Assembly: GCA_963700145.1 (NCBI GenBank)
Contig: OY969474.1
Location: forward strand, 3,808,001 to 3,872,000
Source: an uncultured Acidobacteriota bacterium
GTDB lineage: Bacteria; Acidobacteriota; Thermoanaerobaculia; Multivoradales; UBA5704
DNA: 64,000 bases
Direction: 5' to 3'
Below are positions 22,937 through 33,368 of the stretch, piece by piece (position 1 is the stretch's first letter; each line of letters begins with the position of its first letter). A program made the translations under genes and the position numbers. The notes under the pieces were generated by a model that was not told where the DNA came from, made no database searches, and saw only the letters and a program-made list of their open reading frames with translations.

Positions 22937-25582
22937 ATGGGAATCGGGGTGGTACTGCTGGTCGCGGTGATCGGCATGGCCCTGGCCTGGGGCGCCCTGC
23001 GCGAGGCGCGCGGCGCCCAGCGGACGATCGCGGAGCTGCGCGCCGAGCTGGCGGCGCTGCGGGCCGAGATCTGGTCGCTCGCCGCGCAGCTCAAGCAGCT
23101 CCGGCTCCGGCAGGGCGCGCCGGCGCGGGAAGCGGAAGCGCCGGCGGAGGCTGACGCCGCCGCGGCGCCCGTTCCGGAGGCCGCCGCGCCCGCACCCTCT
23201 CCTGTGCCACCGGCCGCCGCGCCGGAGCCGCTCGTCCCCGAGGAGCCGACGCCTGCCGCAGTCCCCGAGCCCCTCCTCACCCCGCCGTCTTTTTACCCGC
23301 CGCCACCACCGCCCCGGCCCGCCCCCGCCGTCAGCCTCGAAGAACGCCTCGGCGCCCGCGCCTTCGTCTGGATCGGCGCCATCGCCCTGGCGCTGGCCGG
23401 CGCCTTCCTGGTCAAGTACTCCGTCGACCAGGGCTGGATCGGCCCGGCCGTGCGCTTCGCGCTCGCCGTCCTCTTCGGCGTCGTGCTGCTCGGCGCCGGC
23501 GAGGTGCTGCGGCGCCGCGCCGAGCGCATCGCCTCGGGCCTCTCGGCGGCGGGCGTCGCCGTCCTCTTCGCCGCCTGGCTCGCGGGCACCAACCTCTACG
23601 GCCTGATCTCGCCGGCGCTCGGCTTCGCCTTCATCGGCCTGACCGCTCTCGTCGCCGTCTGGCTGTCGCTGCGGCAGGGGGTCATCGTGGCCCTCGTCGG
23701 GCTGGTCGGCGGCTTCCTCACCCCCGCCTGGATCGGCGCGGCCGAGCCCGATCCGCGGCTCCTCTTCGGTTACCTCCTCTTCCTCCAGCTCGCCCTCCTC
23801 GCCGTCTCCCGCCGCCGGCTCTGGACCGGCGTGCCGGAGCTGGCGCTCGCCGCCGGGCTCGTCTGGGTCTTCGGCTGGGTGGCGGCGGCGTTCGCGCCGG
23901 GTGACGCGCTCTGGCTGGGGCTCTTCCTGCTCGGCATGTTCGTCCTCGGCGTCGTCCTCGGGCGCGACCGCGCCGTGCTGCCGGCCCTGGCCGCGGGAGG
24001 GGGGCTCGTGGCCATGGCGCTGGTCGCCGGGCGCGCCGGCTACGGGCCGCTGGAATGGGGGCTCCTGGCCGTGCTCGCGGCTGCCACGCTGGCGCTCGCC
24101 CGCCGGCGCGAGGAGCTGCAGGGCCTCGCCTGGCTGGCGTGCGCGGCCGTCGCCGGGCTCCTCCTCGTCTGGGGCTGGGACCTGCCGGCCGCGGCGGCGC
24201 CGCGCTTCCTCTGGACGGCGCTCGGGATGGGCGCCCTCTGCGCCGGCGGCGCCTACCTCGCGCACTGGGGCGCCGTGCGCCCCGACCGCTGGACCGGCCT
24301 CGCCACCGCCTCCGGCGTGGCCGTCTTCGTCATCGCCTGGGCCAGCGTGCGCGGGGAGGGGGAGTGGCCGGACCTGCCGTGGGGCGCCCTGGCGCTCGCG
24401 GCCGCCGCGCTCTACCTCGTGGCGGCGCTGCCGGTGGCGCGGCGGCGCGGCGCCGCCGGCGAGGGGACGCCGCTCGACGCGGCGCTCGCCTGGCTGGCCG
24501 TGGGCGTGACCGCCTTCGTCAGCCTCGCCGTGCCGCTCGAGCTCGAGCGGCAGTGGTGGACCGTGGCCTGGGCGCTGGAGGTGCCGGCGCTCGTCTGGCT
24601 CGGGGGACGCTTCGGCCTCTCCGTCCTGCGCCGCCTCGCCGCGGCGCTCGTCGCCGCCGTCGCGGTGCGCCTGCTCCTGAACCCGGACGTTCTGAGCTAC
24701 CCGATCGGCCCGCGCCCCGTCCTCAACTGGCTGCTCTACGGCTACGGGCTCTCGCTCCTGGCGATCGCCGGCGCCGCCGTCCTCGCCCGCCGCGATCCCC
24801 GCTTCGGCCCCGGCCGCTTGGCCACCGGCCTCGAGGCGCTCGCCGTCGCCCTCGCCTTCGCGCTGGTGACGCTCGAGGTGCGGCAGGCCTTCCACCCCGG
24901 AGCGCTCGGCCGGGGCGAGCCGACGCTCGCCGAGTGCGCGACCTATGCCGTCGCCTGGCTGCTCCTCGGTCTCGGGCTCCTGGCGCTCGACCGGCGGTGG
25001 CCGCGCCTGGCGTTGGAGCTCGGCGGCCAGGTCGGAGCGCTCGGCGGCCTGGCGATGGCCCTCTTCGGCTGCGGCCTGCTGCTCAACCCGCTCTGGGAGC
25101 ACGCGCCGATCGGCGACACCCCGGTCGTGAACCTCCTCCTCTGGTGCTACGGCGCGCCGGCCGTCCTCGCGGCGCTCGCCGGCCGCGTGCTCCGCCGCCG
25201 CGGCCCGGCCTGGGCCGCAGTCGCCTGCTCGACCGGCGCGCTCGTCCTCGCTTTCCTCCTCGTCACCCTCGAGGTCACCCAGGCCTTCCACGGCACCTTC
25301 CTCGACGACACGCCGGCGACGGTGGCCGAGAAGTACGCCTACTCGCTGGCCTGGCTGCTCTTCGGCATCGCGCTCCTGGTCCTGGGGATCGCGCGCCGCG
25401 TGCGCGCCCTGCGCTACGCCTCGCTGGCGGTGATGGCCCTGACCGTCGTCAAGGTCTTCCTCTTCGACATGGGGAACCTGACCGACCTCTGGCGTGTCCT
25501 CTCCTTCCTCGGCCTCGGCGTCGCGCTGCTGCTCCTCGCCTTCCTCTACCAGCGCTTCGTCTTCCGCGAGCCGGCGGCGTGA
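22937..25582 (+). CDS. DUF2339 family large membrane protein
   Basis: N-terminal TM, coiled coil and Pro-rich linker, 'SLEERLG...WIG', many TMs, C-terminal 'KVFLFDM..L..LWRVLSFLGLG'. Confidence 0.85.
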   Translation: MGIGVVLLVAVIGMALAWGALREARGAQRTIAELRAELAALRAEIWSLAAQLKQLRLRQGAPAREAEAPAEADAAAAPVPEAAAPAPSPVPPAAAPEPLVPEEPTPAAVPEPLLTPPSFYPPPPPPRPAPAVSLEERLGARAFVWIGAIALALAGAFLVKYSVDQGWIGPAVRFALAVLFGVVLLGAGEVLRRRAERIASGLSAAGVAVLFAAWLAGTNLYGLISPALGFAFIGLTALVAVWLSLRQGVIVALVGLVGGFLTPAWIGAAEPDPRLLFGYLLFLQLALLAVSRRRLWTGVPELALAAGLVWVFGWVAAAFAPGDALWLGLFLLGMFVLGVVLGRDRAVLPALAAGGGLVAMALVAGRAGYGPLEWGLLAVLAAATLALARRREELQGLAWLACAAVAGLLLVWGWDLPAAAAPRFLWTALGMGALCAGGAYLAHWGAVRPDRWTGLATASGVAVFVIAWASVRGEGEWPDLPWGALALAAAALYLVAALPVARRRGAAGEGTPLDAALAWLAVGVTAFVSLAVPLELERQWWTVAWALEVPALVWLGGRFGLSVLRRLAAALVAAVAVRLLLNPDVLSYPIGPRPVLNWLLYGYGLSLLAIAGAAVLARRDPRFGPGRLATGLEALAVALAFALVTLEVRQAFHPGALGRGEPTLAECATYAVAWLLLGLGLLALDRRWPRLALELGGQVGALGGLAMALFGCGLLLNPLWEHAPIGDTPVVNLLLWCYGAPAVLAALAGRVLRRRGPAWAAVACSTGALVLAFLLVTLEVTQAFHGTFLDDTPATVAEKYAYSLAWLLFGIALLVLGIARRVRALRYASLAVMALTVVKVFLFDMGNLTDLWRVLSFLGLGVALLLLAFLYQRFVFREPAA

Positions 25583-27480
25583 GAGCGGCGGTCCGGCGCG
25601 CGGCGCCCTGGCTGCTCCTGCTCGCCGCGGCGCGCGCCGCGGCGGCGGCGGACGCGGGCGCCTACCTCTACACGCGCCCGCTCGACGTCCCCGCCGCCGG
25701 GCCGGTGGCGGCGCCGCTCGACCTCGCCACCCTGCGGCACCTCGGCGGCGAGAAGACCGCCGTCTTCGCCTCAGATGGAACTGAGGTGCCGTCGCGGTGG
25801 CAGCACGACTGCTGCCGCGTGCTCGCGGACCTGGTCGAAGCGCGCCGAGAAGGGGAGAGCTGGCGCCTGTTGCTCGACCTCGGGGCGGAGCCGCCGCTCC
25901 ACCAGCAGCTCCACTTCCGGCTCGGGCGCGTGGCTGCGGCCGCGGCGGTGCGTCTCGAGGGGAGCGACGACCGGGTGACCTGGCGCCCGCTGACCGAGGG
26001 CAACCTCTTCCGTCTGGGGAGCGCCGACGAGCTGGAGCGCACCGCTCTCGTGTATGCCCCCAACCGCCACCGCTGGCTGCGGTTGACCTGGCCGGCCGCG
26101 GCGGGCACGCCGGAGCTGCGCCAGATCGAGGTCGTCGGCGCCAGCGGTCCCACTCTCGCCGTGCGCACCGCGCCGCCGGTCTGCCGGCGGGAGGGCACCG
26201 CCGTCGTCTGCGGTGTGCCGGTCCCCTCGAAATACGCGATCGGGCTTCGCTTGCACCTCCGCCTCGCCCCGGCGGCGGCTGGCGCCGGGGGAGGGCGCGT
26301 GGGGTACCGGCTGTTGCGGCCCTCGAGGGGCACATGGGAGCAGGTCCTGGAGGGCACGGCCCGGATCGGCGGAGGTGCGCTCGCCCTACCGCTCCCCACC
26401 GAGTCCCTCTGGGCCGAGTCGCTGCGGCTCGAGCTTTACGGCGCCCCGGCGCCGCCCCGGCCGTCTGAATTGACGCTCGAGCTGGCCCAGCCGGTCGTCG
26501 TCTTCGACGCGCCGCGGGCGGGGCGCTACACGCTGGCCTACGGCGGCGGCACGGAGCCGGCGCCGCCCCGGCCGGCCGTCGAGGCCGCCGGGGCCCTCCG
26601 CGTCGTGCCCGGCCCCGAACGCCGCCAGGCCCCGCCGCCGCTGCCCGCGGCCGCGGCCGCTCCCGGCGAGGCGCTCGACGCGCGGTCGTTCGACACCTCT
26701 TGGCCGGTGCGCGCGCCGCGGGCGAGAGCCGGAGAGGTCGTGCGCCTCGAGCTGCCGCCCGCGATCCTTGCCGTCTCCCGGCGCCGGCTCAACGACCTGC
26801 GCCTCGCCGCCGGCGGGCGCCAGCTTCCCTACGTGCGCCTCGAGCCGGAGACGCCCATCCTCGCGCTGGACCGCCGCGGGCTGCGGCCGCGCCCGGAGCG
26901 CGGCGGCCGGACGAGCCGCGTGGCCTTCGACGTGAACCCCGGGCTGAGCTACAGCGCGCTCGTGCTCACCGCGGCGCCGCCCTTCCGGCGCCCGCTCACG
27001 GTGACGCACCACGCCGCCGGTCGTCCTTACGGCGGCAGCGAGCTCGAGGCGGCGCGCGGCGACTGGGACTGCTCCGCGCAGCCGCCGCTCCCCTGCCACT
27101 GGCAAGACGACATCGGGGTCGGGGAGGGCGTGGACCGCGTCGCCGTCCGCTTCGACGACGGCGACAACCCGCCGCTCCCGCGGGTCGACGCCGCCCTCTG
27201 GCGCGAGCGCCTCCTCCTCGCCTTCGTCTGGCCCGCCGACGGCGAGGTGCGGCTGCTGGCCGGCAACCCGGACCTGGGCCGGCCGCGCTACGACCTCGAG
27301 CCGCTCACGCCGCAGCTCCTGGCGCGCCCCTGGCGGGCGGCGGCGGTGGACGTCGGCGGCGGGACGCACGGCGAGGAGCGCGACCCCGCGTGGCTGCCGC
27401 TCTTGATCCCCGCGGTGCTCGCCCTGGCCGCCGTCGTGCTCGTCGCCATCCTCGCGCAGGTGATCGGCAAGCGGCCCTGA
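25579..27480 (+). CDS. DUF3999-like exported protein with C-terminal membrane anchor
   Basis: GTGA overlap; signal peptide; 'DDGDNPPL', 'GNP....PRYDL'; C-terminal TM; usual partner of DUF2339. Confidence 0.7.
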   Translation: MRAAVRRAAPWLLLLAAARAAAAADAGAYLYTRPLDVPAAGPVAAPLDLATLRHLGGEKTAVFASDGTEVPSRWQHDCCRVLADLVEARREGESWRLLLDLGAEPPLHQQLHFRLGRVAAAAAVRLEGSDDRVTWRPLTEGNLFRLGSADELERTALVYAPNRHRWLRLTWPAAAGTPELRQIEVVGASGPTLAVRTAPPVCRREGTAVVCGVPVPSKYAIGLRLHLRLAPAAAGAGGGRVGYRLLRPSRGTWEQVLEGTARIGGGALALPLPTESLWAESLRLELYGAPAPPRPSELTLELAQPVVVFDAPRAGRYTLAYGGGTEPAPPRPAVEAAGALRVVPGPERRQAPPPLPAAAAAPGEALDARSFDTSWPVRAPRARAGEVVRLELPPAILAVSRRRLNDLRLAAGGRQLPYVRLEPETPILALDRRGLRPRPERGGRTSRVAFDVNPGLSYSALVLTAAPPFRRPLTVTHHAAGRPYGGSELEAARGDWDCSAQPPLPCHWQDDIGVGEGVDRVAVRFDDGDNPPLPRVDAALWRERLLLAFVWPADGEVRLLAGNPDLGRPRYDLEPLTPQLLARPWRAAAVDVGGGTHGEERDPAWLPLLIPAVLALAAVVLVAILAQVIGKRP

Positions 27481-27598
27481 GCGCCGTTCACCGGCCGGCG
27501 ACCACCGTTCGCCGGCCGCGCCGCGCCGGGCGGGCCGCGCCGCCGTACCGTGTCTCGCGGGCGGCGATCCCGCCGCCCCGCGAACGGAGACAGAGACG

Positions 27599-28327
27599 AT
27601 GAAAACCGCCGACAGCAACGCCGAGTCCCTCGGCTTCCGCCTCACCCCGCGCCTGGTCCTCGGGCTCTTCGCCCTGGTGGCCGGGTCGCTGCTGATCCTC
27701 GACAACATGGGGGTCCTCCTGGCCTGGGACTACCTGCGCTTCTGGCCCGCCCTGCTGATCCTGGTCGGGCTGATCAAGATGACGCAGCCCGGCAGCGGCC
27801 GTGTCTTCGGCCTGCTGCTCGCCCTGGTCGGCGCCTGGCTCCTGGCCGACGTGCTCGACGTCGCCGAGTTCGACTTCGACTACATCTGGCCGGTGATCCT
27901 GGTGATCGGGGGGCTCAACCTCCTCGTGTCCGAGGTCTTCCGCCGCAGCCGCCGCGAAGGCCCGCCGGAGACCGACGCCGAGATCGACGCCCTCGCTCTC
28001 CTCGGCGGCGTCAAGCGCGCCAGCGCCTCGCAGCGCTTCCGCGGCGGCAGCGCCACCGCCATCATGGGCGGCTGCGAGATCGACCTGCGGAATGCGGCGA
28101 TCGCCGAGGGCGAGACCGCGGTCTTCGACACCTTCGCGATGTGGGGCGGCATCGAGTTCGTGGTGCCCGAGACCTGGGTCGTCGAGCTCAAGGGCTTCCC
28201 GATCATGGGCGCCTTCGAGGACAACACTCGGCAGACGGCCGGCTCGACCCAGCGCCTGGTGATCAAGGGGATGGCGATCATGGGCGGGGTGGAAGTCAAG
28301 AGCGCGCCGCGCCGCGAGGCGGCGTAG
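27599..28327 (+). CDS. LiaF-like membrane protein (DUF5668 + DUF2154-type domain)
   Basis: 4 TMs with 'FWP' and 'IWP'; C-terminal 'GG...IMGGCEIDLR', 'MWGGIE..VP..W'. Confidence 0.8.
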   Translation: MKTADSNAESLGFRLTPRLVLGLFALVAGSLLILDNMGVLLAWDYLRFWPALLILVGLIKMTQPGSGRVFGLLLALVGAWLLADVLDVAEFDFDYIWPVILVIGGLNLLVSEVFRRSRREGPPETDAEIDALALLGGVKRASASQRFRGGSATAIMGGCEIDLRNAAIAEGETAVFDTFAMWGGIEFVVPETWVVELKGFPIMGAFEDNTRQTAGSTQRLVIKGMAIMGGVEVKSAPRREAA

Positions 28328-28336
28328 GAGCCCGAC

Positions 28337-29422
28337 GTGCACCCGATCCTCGCGCGGCGCGAGCGGGCCGGCCTCTACCTGGCCGGCTGGCTGCCGCTCG
28401 TGCCGCTCGTGGCCCTGCTGTTCGTCTGGGGCGGCGGCCTGCCGTGGGGCTGGGCCGCCGCCCTCGCGTTGCCGCTGGTCCTGCTCTACGCCCAGCTCTG
28501 CCTGGCGGCCTGGTACCCGTGCCGCGCCGTGCCGCTGCGGCAATCCCGCTTCTGGTGGCTGATCGCCGCGCACCTCCTCGGGGCCCTCCTGTCGAGCGGC
28601 CTCTGGGTGCTCCTCGGCTGGACCCTGGCGGCCGTCCTCGCCGGCCTGCCTTACTTCCACGGCCTCGACGAGCGCTTCGCGCCCCTCGCCCTGCCGCTCT
28701 TCGCCCTCGGCGTGCCGCTCTACCTGGTGGCGGTCGCGGTGCACTACCTGATCCTCGCCTTCGAGGCCTCGCGCGAGGCCGAGGCGCGGGCGCTGGCCGC
28801 GCAGGTCGAGGCGCGCGAGGCCGAGCTGCGCGCCCTGCGCGCCCAGCTCGATCCGCACTTCCTCTTCAACAGCCTCAACGCCGTCGCCGCGCTCGCCGGC
28901 TCCGACCCGGCCGGGGCGCGCAAGATGGCGATCCTGCTGGCCGAGTTCCTGCGCGGCAGCCTGAGGCTCTCGGCGCGCCCCAGCGTCCCACTCGCCGAGG
29001 AGCTGGCGCACGCCGCGGCGTACCTGGCGGTCGAGCGCGCCCGCTTCGGCGAGCGGCTGGCGGTCGAGGAGGAGATCGAGGAGGAAGCGCTCGGATGTCT
29101 CGTGCCGGCGCTCATCCTCCAGCCGCTGGTCGAGAACGCCGTCCGCCACGGCGTCGCCCAGCTCCTCGACGGCGGCGTCGTGCGGCTGGCGGCGCGGCGC
29201 GCCGGCGGCCGGCTCCACCTCGCGGTCGAGAACCCCTGCGACCCCGATCGGCGGCCGTCCCGCCGCGGCAGCGGCGAGAGCGTCGGCCTGGCCAACGTCG
29301 CGGCGCGGCTCGCCACCCGCTACGGCGAGGCGGCGCGGCTGGAGGTGCGAGCGGAGGAGGGGCGGTTCCGGGTGGAGCTGGCGCTGCCCGCGGAGGAGGC
29401 GCCCGAAACGCCCGGCACGTAG
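28337..29422 (+). CDS. LytS-family sensor histidine kinase
   Basis: 'LRAQLDPHFLFNSLN', 'LQPLVENAVRHG', 'GLANV..RL'. Confidence 0.92.
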   Translation: MHPILARRERAGLYLAGWLPLVPLVALLFVWGGGLPWGWAAALALPLVLLYAQLCLAAWYPCRAVPLRQSRFWWLIAAHLLGALLSSGLWVLLGWTLAAVLAGLPYFHGLDERFAPLALPLFALGVPLYLVAVAVHYLILAFEASREAEARALAAQVEAREAELRALRAQLDPHFLFNSLNAVAALAGSDPAGARKMAILLAEFLRGSLRLSARPSVPLAEELAHAAAYLAVERARFGERLAVEEEIEEEALGCLVPALILQPLVENAVRHGVAQLLDGGVVRLAARRAGGRLHLAVENPCDPDRRPSRRGSGESVGLANVAARLATRYGEAARLEVRAEEGRFRVELALPAEEAPETPGT

Positions 29423-29441
29423 GCCGGGCGCTACGGAACTG

Positions 29442-30179
29442 ATGACAACCCTGCGCGTGGTGATCGTCGACGACGAGCCGGGGGCACGCTCGCTCCTCGC
29501 CGAGTACCTGGCCGCGGAGCCGGACGTCGAGCTCGTCGCCGCCTGCGCCAACGGCTTCGAGGCGGTCAAGGCGGTCGGCGAGCTGCGCCCCGACCTCCTC
29601 CTCCTCGACGTCCAGATGCCCAAGCTCGACGGCTTCGAGGTGCTGGAGCTGCTCGAGGCGCCGCCGGCCGTCGTCTTCGTCACCGCCTACGACGAGCACG
29701 CGGTGCGCGCCTTCGAGGTGCACGCCGTCGATTACCTGGTCAAGCCCTTCCCGCCGGAGCGGCTGGCGGCGGCCCTCGACCGGGTGCGCGAGCGGATGGC
29801 GCGCGGCGAGGCGGGCGCGCCGCCGGCCCGCGCCGCGACCGCGGCGCGCGGCCGGCCGCTGGAGCGCCTGGTGGTGCGCGCCGGCGAGCGCATCCACGTC
29901 CTGCCGCTCGACCGCGTCGACTACGTCGAGGCGCGCGACGACGCCGTCCGCATCCGCGCCGGCAAGGAGGACCACTTCAAGCCGCAGACGCTCGCCGACC
30001 TCGAAGCGACCCTGCCGCCGGGCCGCTTCGTCCGCATCCACCGCTCCTACCTGCTCAACCTGGACCGCCTAGCCCGCCTCGAGCGCTACGCCAAGGACAG
30101 CCACCTGGCGATCCTCCAGGACGGCACCCGCCTCCCCGTCAGCCGCGCCGGCTACGCGCGGCTCAAGACGCTCCTGTAA
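29442..30179 (+). CDS. LytTR family response regulator
   Basis: REC 'IVDDE', 'LDVQMP', 'TAYDE', 'KPF'; LytTR 'FVRIHRSYLLN'. Confidence 0.94.
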   Translation: MTTLRVVIVDDEPGARSLLAEYLAAEPDVELVAACANGFEAVKAVGELRPDLLLLDVQMPKLDGFEVLELLEAPPAVVFVTAYDEHAVRAFEVHAVDYLVKPFPPERLAAALDRVRERMARGEAGAPPARAATAARGRPLERLVVRAGERIHVLPLDRVDYVEARDDAVRIRAGKEDHFKPQTLADLEATLPPGRFVRIHRSYLLNLDRLARLERYAKDSHLAILQDGTRLPVSRAGYARLKTLL

Positions 30180-30206
30180 GCCGCCCGGCGCGGACGCCGG
30201 CCCCGA

Positions 30207-32423
30207 TCAATCCCGCGCCAGCCGCGCCGAGATCCCCAGCGTGTAGCTCCTGCCGACCGCCCGGTCGGCGGTCTCGTCCGGCGAGGCGATGTAGCGCTTG
30301 TCGCCGAGGTTGCGGGCGGCGAGGCGCAGCTCGATCCCGTCGCCGATCGTGTAGCCGGCCCCGACGTCGAAGGTCGTGAACCCCGGACGCGCCAGCTCGG
30401 TCGGGCCGGGCTCGTCGTGCTCGAGGAAGGTCGCCGTGCGGCCGTAGACGTAGCCGCGCGGCATCGAGCGCCGCACCGTCACCCAGCCGTTGGGCGCGGA
30501 GATGTCGTCGATCGCGTCGCCGCCGTCGGCCTCGCCGCGGGCCCAGGCGAAGCCGAGGTCGCCGCTCCAGTGCTCGCCGAGCGCCGTCTGCGCCTCCACC
30601 TCGAGGCCCTCGATCGTCGCCTCGCCGCGGTTGCGGAAGAAGAAGCTGTCGCCGTCGGCGAAGCGCTCGATGAGGTCGTCGATGCGGTAGCGGTAGGCGT
30701 AGAAACCGAGGGCGCTGCGGCCGCGGCCGTAGCGCGTCGAGAGGTCGACCTGGAGGCTCGTCTCGGGCGCGAGGGCCGGGTTGCCGGTGACGAAGCCGCG
30801 GCCCGAGGGGCCGCGGAAGTAGCGGTCGGAAAGCGTCGGCGAGCGGAAGCCGCGCGCCACCTGCAGCGTCGTCGTCCAGTGCGCGAGCGGTCCGGCGGTG
30901 AGCGCCAGGTGGCCGGTGACGGCCGAGTCGCTCTCCGCCCGGTCGCCGAAGAAGCCGCCGGTGTTCTCGGTGTCCACGTAGTCGCCGCGCAGCCCGCTGC
31001 CCAGCGAGAGCCAGGTGCCGAGCGGCCGGCTCCAGGTGGCGAAGACGCCGCTGGTGAGCTGGCGGGCGTCCTCGATCGACGGCGTCCGCTGCTCGCGCGT
31101 CACCGTCGTCCGGTCGGCGGCGAAGTCGGTGCGGCCGGTGATCGCCTGCAGGTTGAAGCGGCTGTGAACGTCGATGCCGAGCTGCAGGAAGCCGCCGCCC
31201 AGCCCGCGCCCGGCGACGGTGCGCAGCGCGGCGTCGTCGGCGTCGGTGTCGGCGCGGTCGATGCGCCGGTTCGAGGTCGCGGTCGGCTCGCGGTCGCGGT
31301 CGAGGACGATGTGGTAGCGGCCGGCGAAGAGCGACGCCTCCAGCGCGTCCCAACCGCCGCCCGGCACGCCGATCCAGGAAGCGGTGAGCCGCTCCGAGGT
31401 CTCCTCGGGGTAGACGGCGCGGATCAGCCGCGAGTCGATCGCCGCCTTGCCGAGGTCCTCCGTCGTGTTGCGGGCGAGGCCCAGCCGCAGCCTCCCTTGC
31501 CCCGCGTCGCGGACGTAGCGCACGCCGCCGCCCCAGCCGTCGAACGAGGAGTTGAAGATCTCCTCGCCGCCGCCGGCCTCGGCGTCGTCGGCCTGCCGCG
31601 CGTGCCCCTCGACGAGGACGGCGCCGCGCCCGACGTCGGCCGACGCCGCGAGGTAGCCCGAGCGCTGGTCGAGAGCGCCCGCCGCCCCTTCCAGGCTGGC
31701 GCGCAGCACGAACCGCCCAGGCTCGGGATCGCGCGAGATGGCGTTGAGCACGCCGCCCAGGGCGTCGGAGCCGTAGACGACCGAGCCCGGCCCGCGCAGC
31801 ACCTCGACCGAGGCCAGGCTCGCCGGCTCGATGAAGGTGGCCGAGGGCCCGGCCCGCCGCTCGGCGGTCACCCGCGCGCCGTCGAGCAGGATCAGGGTGC
31901 GCCCGCGGCCGAGGCCGCGCAGCGCCGGCACGCTGTCGGCGCCTTCGCCGAGCTTCGAGGCGCCGGCGACCGACTCCAGCACCTGGTAGAGCCGCTGCGG
32001 CGCCCGCTGCTCGAGCGCCTCCTGGGTGAGCACGGTGGCGGCGTTGCCGGGCAGGAGGTCGAGCGAGGGGGCGACGCCCGAGACGACGGTGATGCTGTCG
32101 CGCAGCGCCGCGGGGACGGTGAGGTCGATCGGCCCCTCGGGCAGCGCCTCGACCTCGATCGGGGCCGAGACCTCGCCGTTCGGACCGCTGGCGACGAGCG
32201 AAAAGGGCGGCGCCGGCGCCGGGCTCAGGGTGAAGCGCCCGTCCGGGCCGGTGTGCGCGCTCTGCGTGTGGCCGACGACGGCGACGGTGTACGACGCGGC
32301 CGGGCTGCCGTCGGGCAGCAGCAGCCGCGCCTCGAACGTGGCCGCGTCCGCGGCGCCGAGCGCCGGCGGCGGCAGGAGCAGCAGCGCCAAGGCGGCGCCG
32401 ATGCGGAGCAAAGGCGAGTCCAT
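30207..32423 (-). CDS. TonB-dependent receptor
   Basis: Signal peptide, plug 'LRGL', 'VEVLRGPGSVVYGSDALGGVLN', 'NPALAPE', 'NLGDKRY'. Confidence 0.9.
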   Translation of the reverse strand: MDSPLLRIGAALALLLLPPPALGAADAATFEARLLLPDGSPAASYTVAVVGHTQSAHTGPDGRFTLSPAPAPPFSLVASGPNGEVSAPIEVEALPEGPIDLTVPAALRDSITVVSGVAPSLDLLPGNAATVLTQEALEQRAPQRLYQVLESVAGASKLGEGADSVPALRGLGRGRTLILLDGARVTAERRAGPSATFIEPASLASVEVLRGPGSVVYGSDALGGVLNAISRDPEPGRFVLRASLEGAAGALDQRSGYLAASADVGRGAVLVEGHARQADDAEAGGGEEIFNSSFDGWGGGVRYVRDAGQGRLRLGLARNTTEDLGKAAIDSRLIRAVYPEETSERLTASWIGVPGGGWDALEASLFAGRYHIVLDRDREPTATSNRRIDRADTDADDAALRTVAGRGLGGGFLQLGIDVHSRFNLQAITGRTDFAADRTTVTREQRTPSIEDARQLTSGVFATWSRPLGTWLSLGSGLRGDYVDTENTGGFFGDRAESDSAVTGHLALTAGPLAHWTTTLQVARGFRSPTLSDRYFRGPSGRGFVTGNPALAPETSLQVDLSTRYGRGRSALGFYAYRYRIDDLIERFADGDSFFFRNRGEATIEGLEVEAQTALGEHWSGDLGFAWARGEADGGDAIDDISAPNGWVTVRRSMPRGYVYGRTATFLEHDEPGPTELARPGFTTFDVGAGYTIGDGIELRLAARNLGDKRYIASPDETADRAVGRSYTLGISARLARD

Positions 32424-32522
32424 CACGGGTCTCCTCCAGCCATTGGTTGAGTTCTCGCCACCGGCCGAAGGCGCCGGCGGCGAGGGCTGTGCCGGTGGGG
32501 TGCGCGCTCTGCGCGCACGGCC

Positions 32523-33257
32523 TCAACGGTTCAGGCGCTGGACCAGGAGGAGGAGCGGTGAGGCGAAAGCGACGGGACCGGGCGGCCCGCGGAACGGGCC
32601 GGCCGGAGGATCGAGGCGGGAGATGGGTGCGTAGCGGGGCGCCGCGGCGGGGCGCTGGCGCCCGGGCTCCACGGCGGCGAAGACGAACGGCAGGCCCGGC
32701 CGGTAGGCGGCGGTCAACTCCGGGAACGGGTCCCACGCCTCCACCTCCCGCCAGCCGCTGCCGTCACGGGCGCCCTCGGCCCAGAGGACGACGCCCGGCT
32801 CGCCCGGCCGCGCCGCCTCGCCCCGGGCCCCCGCGCGGTACCGCAGGACTGGGCGCGGGATCGGAGAGGGGACGATCCGGAAGCGCCCCGGCACCGGCTG
32901 CTCGCGCTCCTCCCGCTCGTCGCCGAAGCGGAGCAGGAGGCGGCAGTCGTCCGAGACGAGGGGCGGCACGCGGAAGGCGACCCGCGAGCGGCCGAGGTCG
33001 AGGTGCGGAGTGAGGCGAACGGGGAAGCTCTCGCCGCCGTCCACCGAGAGGAAGGCCTCCCACTCGTGGACCTCCGCGAAGGCGGCGAGCCCGGGCCCGG
33101 CCTCCCACTCGATCCACGCCGTCTCCCCGGCCATCAGCTCCGTGCCAGGGACCGGCGCCACGACCCGGGCGAGCTCGGCGACGGGAGGCCCGGCGGCCGC
33201 GACAGGCGGCGCCAGCGCGAGCCCGAGGCTGGCGATCAGAGGGAGGAGCGTGCGCAC
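32523..33257 (-). CDS. Secreted hypothetical protein with C-terminal RGPP motif
   Basis: Signal peptide, Ig-like 'FLSVDGGESFP', tail 'PFRGPP' about 20 aa before the stop. Confidence 0.65.
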   Translation of the reverse strand: MRTLLPLIASLGLALAPPVAAAGPPVAELARVVAPVPGTELMAGETAWIEWEAGPGLAAFAEVHEWEAFLSVDGGESFPVRLTPHLDLGRSRVAFRVPPLVSDDCRLLLRFGDEREEREQPVPGRFRIVPSPIPRPVLRYRAGARGEAARPGEPGVVLWAEGARDGSGWREVEAWDPFPELTAAYRPGLPFVFAAVEPGRQRPAAAPRYAPISRLDPPAGPFRGPPGPVAFASPLLLLVQRLNR

Positions 33258-33314
33258 CGCCCTTCATCGTCGCAGAAACCGCCCCCCGGCGCCATGCAGC
33301 TTCGGCCGGGACCC

Positions 33315-33368
33315 TTGACGGCCGGTCCCGTCTCATATAACCTACTCGTTATGGAACCTATCGGTTAT
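33315..33368 (+). promoter_or_regulatory. Sigma70-type leaderless promoter with ArsR operator
   Basis: TTGACG-17-TAACCT, 7 nt to ATG; palindrome ATAAC-N6-GTTAT plus second copy GAACC-N3-CGGTTAT. Confidence 0.65.
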
